Shown here piece after piece: positions 62,933 to 64,000 of a stretch of 64,000 nucleotides of DNA. Position numbers and translations under genes: made by a program. Location of the stretch: assembly GCA_963823665.1 (NCBI GenBank), contig CAWGMQ010000005.1:1903748-1967747 (forward strand). The letters run 5' to 3'. The stretch comes from an uncultured Planctomycetota bacterium (GTDB lineage: Bacteria; Planctomycetota; Planctomycetia; Isosphaerales; Isosphaeraceae). Below the pieces are notes generated by a model, which was not told the origin of the DNA, did not search any database, and saw only the letters and a list, made by a program, of their open reading frames with translations. How positions within the stretch are numbered: the first letter of the stretch is position 1; each line of letters begins with the position of its first letter.

Positions 62933-63745
62933 TCAACCATGTGAAGCTTGCAAGACCTGGACGGCCCATGCGGCTTTGTCTTCTCGTAGCGGAGGGAGAA
63001 TTGAATCCTCACCGTAGCGGATTTCGCGTGCATAGGGGCCGGCATCGTAGCAGCGATCAAAGATCGATTGCAGGTGAACCATCACGGGAGGATCGCCAGG
63101 CAGAAGAGGAATGGCAACTGCCGGCAAAGAGTCCTCCAGGTGGATGGGATAGACCAGGAACGTCCCGAGTTCGTCAAAACAATGAACGGAAACGTGATAG
63201 TCAAAGGAACCACATGCGTCAATGGCCGGCTCCTGTGGAACCGGCGTCGTGTGCTCGCCTGCACGCAGCAGGTCGATTTCGACCAGGTTAACTTGGCTGG
63301 AGAGAATCTCTTTCTGCTTGCAACTGTATAGATCTCTTCCCTGTTCACCGGGAGTTTTGTTCGCGAGGCTGAGTAGCTCGATCGAGGTGACCAATCGTTT
63401 GCCTTCGGCGCCACGCGTGTAAATCTCGATAAACGGCTCGCGCGACTCGTCGTGTGCAACTTTTACGGTGACGGGCTGCGCCAGTAACGGACTGACGACG
63501 GCCACGGACCCAGAAAACTGAGGTACGCGGGTCGACACCGCATGGCCGCGGCGTATCTCAAGATCCGGGCCGATCAGACGCCTTGAAAACTCGATCCATA
63601 CGCGTCGACCAAGCACAGCAAAGTAGGAACCACGCAGATTGGCCTGGAGGGCTTCACGAAGATAGGTAATGAAGCTGTCGTGGAGGTCGGGAAAGATCTC
63701 CGGGTTTTCCAAGAAGGGATCCATACCTGGGAAAGGTGAGGGCAT
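62933..63745 (-). CDS. DUF4058 family protein
   Basis: MPSPFPGMDPFLE, IELLS..NK, LVEIDLLR.G, LP...IPL. Confidence 0.9.
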   Translation of the reverse strand: MPSPFPGMDPFLENPEIFPDLHDSFITYLREALQANLRGSYFAVLGRRVWIEFSRRLIGPDLEIRRGHAVSTRVPQFSGSVAVVSPLLAQPVTVKVAHDESREPFIEIYTRGAEGKRLVTSIELLSLANKTPGEQGRDLYSCKQKEILSSQVNLVEIDLLRAGEHTTPVPQEPAIDACGSFDYHVSVHCFDELGTFLVYPIHLEDSLPAVAIPLLPGDPPVMVHLQSIFDRCYDAGPYAREIRYGEDSILPPLREDKAAWAVQVLQASHG

Positions 63746-63954
63746 TACGGACGTCCTCGTGAAAGAAGCAACTGGCGAAAGCGAGTAGTGCAACTGACCG
63801 CCTCATGGCCTTCACCGATTTGCGTCCAATCTTATCGTAGGCAAATTGGATCGGTAAGACATCTCCCCAGAGCTGCTGAGCCATGCACCGATTCTCGCTC
63901 GACGATCAGCAGGAAACCTAAATGCAGCCTTCGATCCACCCGACCAATGGGCGC

Positions 63955-63997
63955 AAAAAAAGCCGGGCTGAGCAACTTGCTTGCTCAGCCCGGCTTT
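63955..63997. terminator. Bidirectional intrinsic terminator
   Basis: AAAGCCGGGCTGAGCAA-CTTGC-TTGCTCAGCCCGGCTTT 17-bp stem with A-run upstream. Confidence 0.8.
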
Positions 63998-64000
63998 CTG

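Noticed and set aside
62461..63291. 276-aa plus-strand ORF
   Set aside because: Shadow of the exonuclease and DUF4058 genes.

Overview
GC-rich bacterial chromosomal window, most likely Planctomycetota (Isosphaeraceae-like, inferred from DUF1592/DUF1552, DUF4058, PEP-CTERM, Planctomycete-type ECF sigma factors and Ser/Thr kinase). I saw no rRNA, tRNA, CRISPR array, integrase or intact transposase. A housekeeping-like core (about 21.7-52.2 kb: HerA-like ATPase, cytochrome c DUF1592/DUF1552, ppk2, rlmN, ECF, comF, hemC, queA, nucleotide-sugar dehydrogenase, GT4, HAD, P-II, ECF/kinase, DUF5131, DUF6599-DUF362-polyferredoxin, ftsY) is flanked by two accessory zones. The left zone (1-21 kb) has a Tat sulfite-oxidase-family gene missed by the ORF track, a malic enzyme-acetolactate synthase-acetolactate decarboxylase operon, a NADAR-SUKH fusion and an EF-Tu relic. 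Its most striking structure is four co-oriented decayed copies of one SAM-methyltransferase gene (13.4-17.4 kb) sharing a conserved ~63-bp core. Each copy is followed by different cargo: a candidate sRNA plus Hsp20, toxin-deleted TA-like pairs, and group II intron ends. The right zone (52-64 kb) has tag, an RQGD-protein/LRR-DUF6745 pair, a lipid-related cluster, and a run of small genes separated by degenerate attC-like sites (a decayed integron-cassette-like array). Several otherwise normal genes carry single-base frameshifts, probably sequencing/assembly errors. All family assignments come from motif recognition by eye, not database searches.
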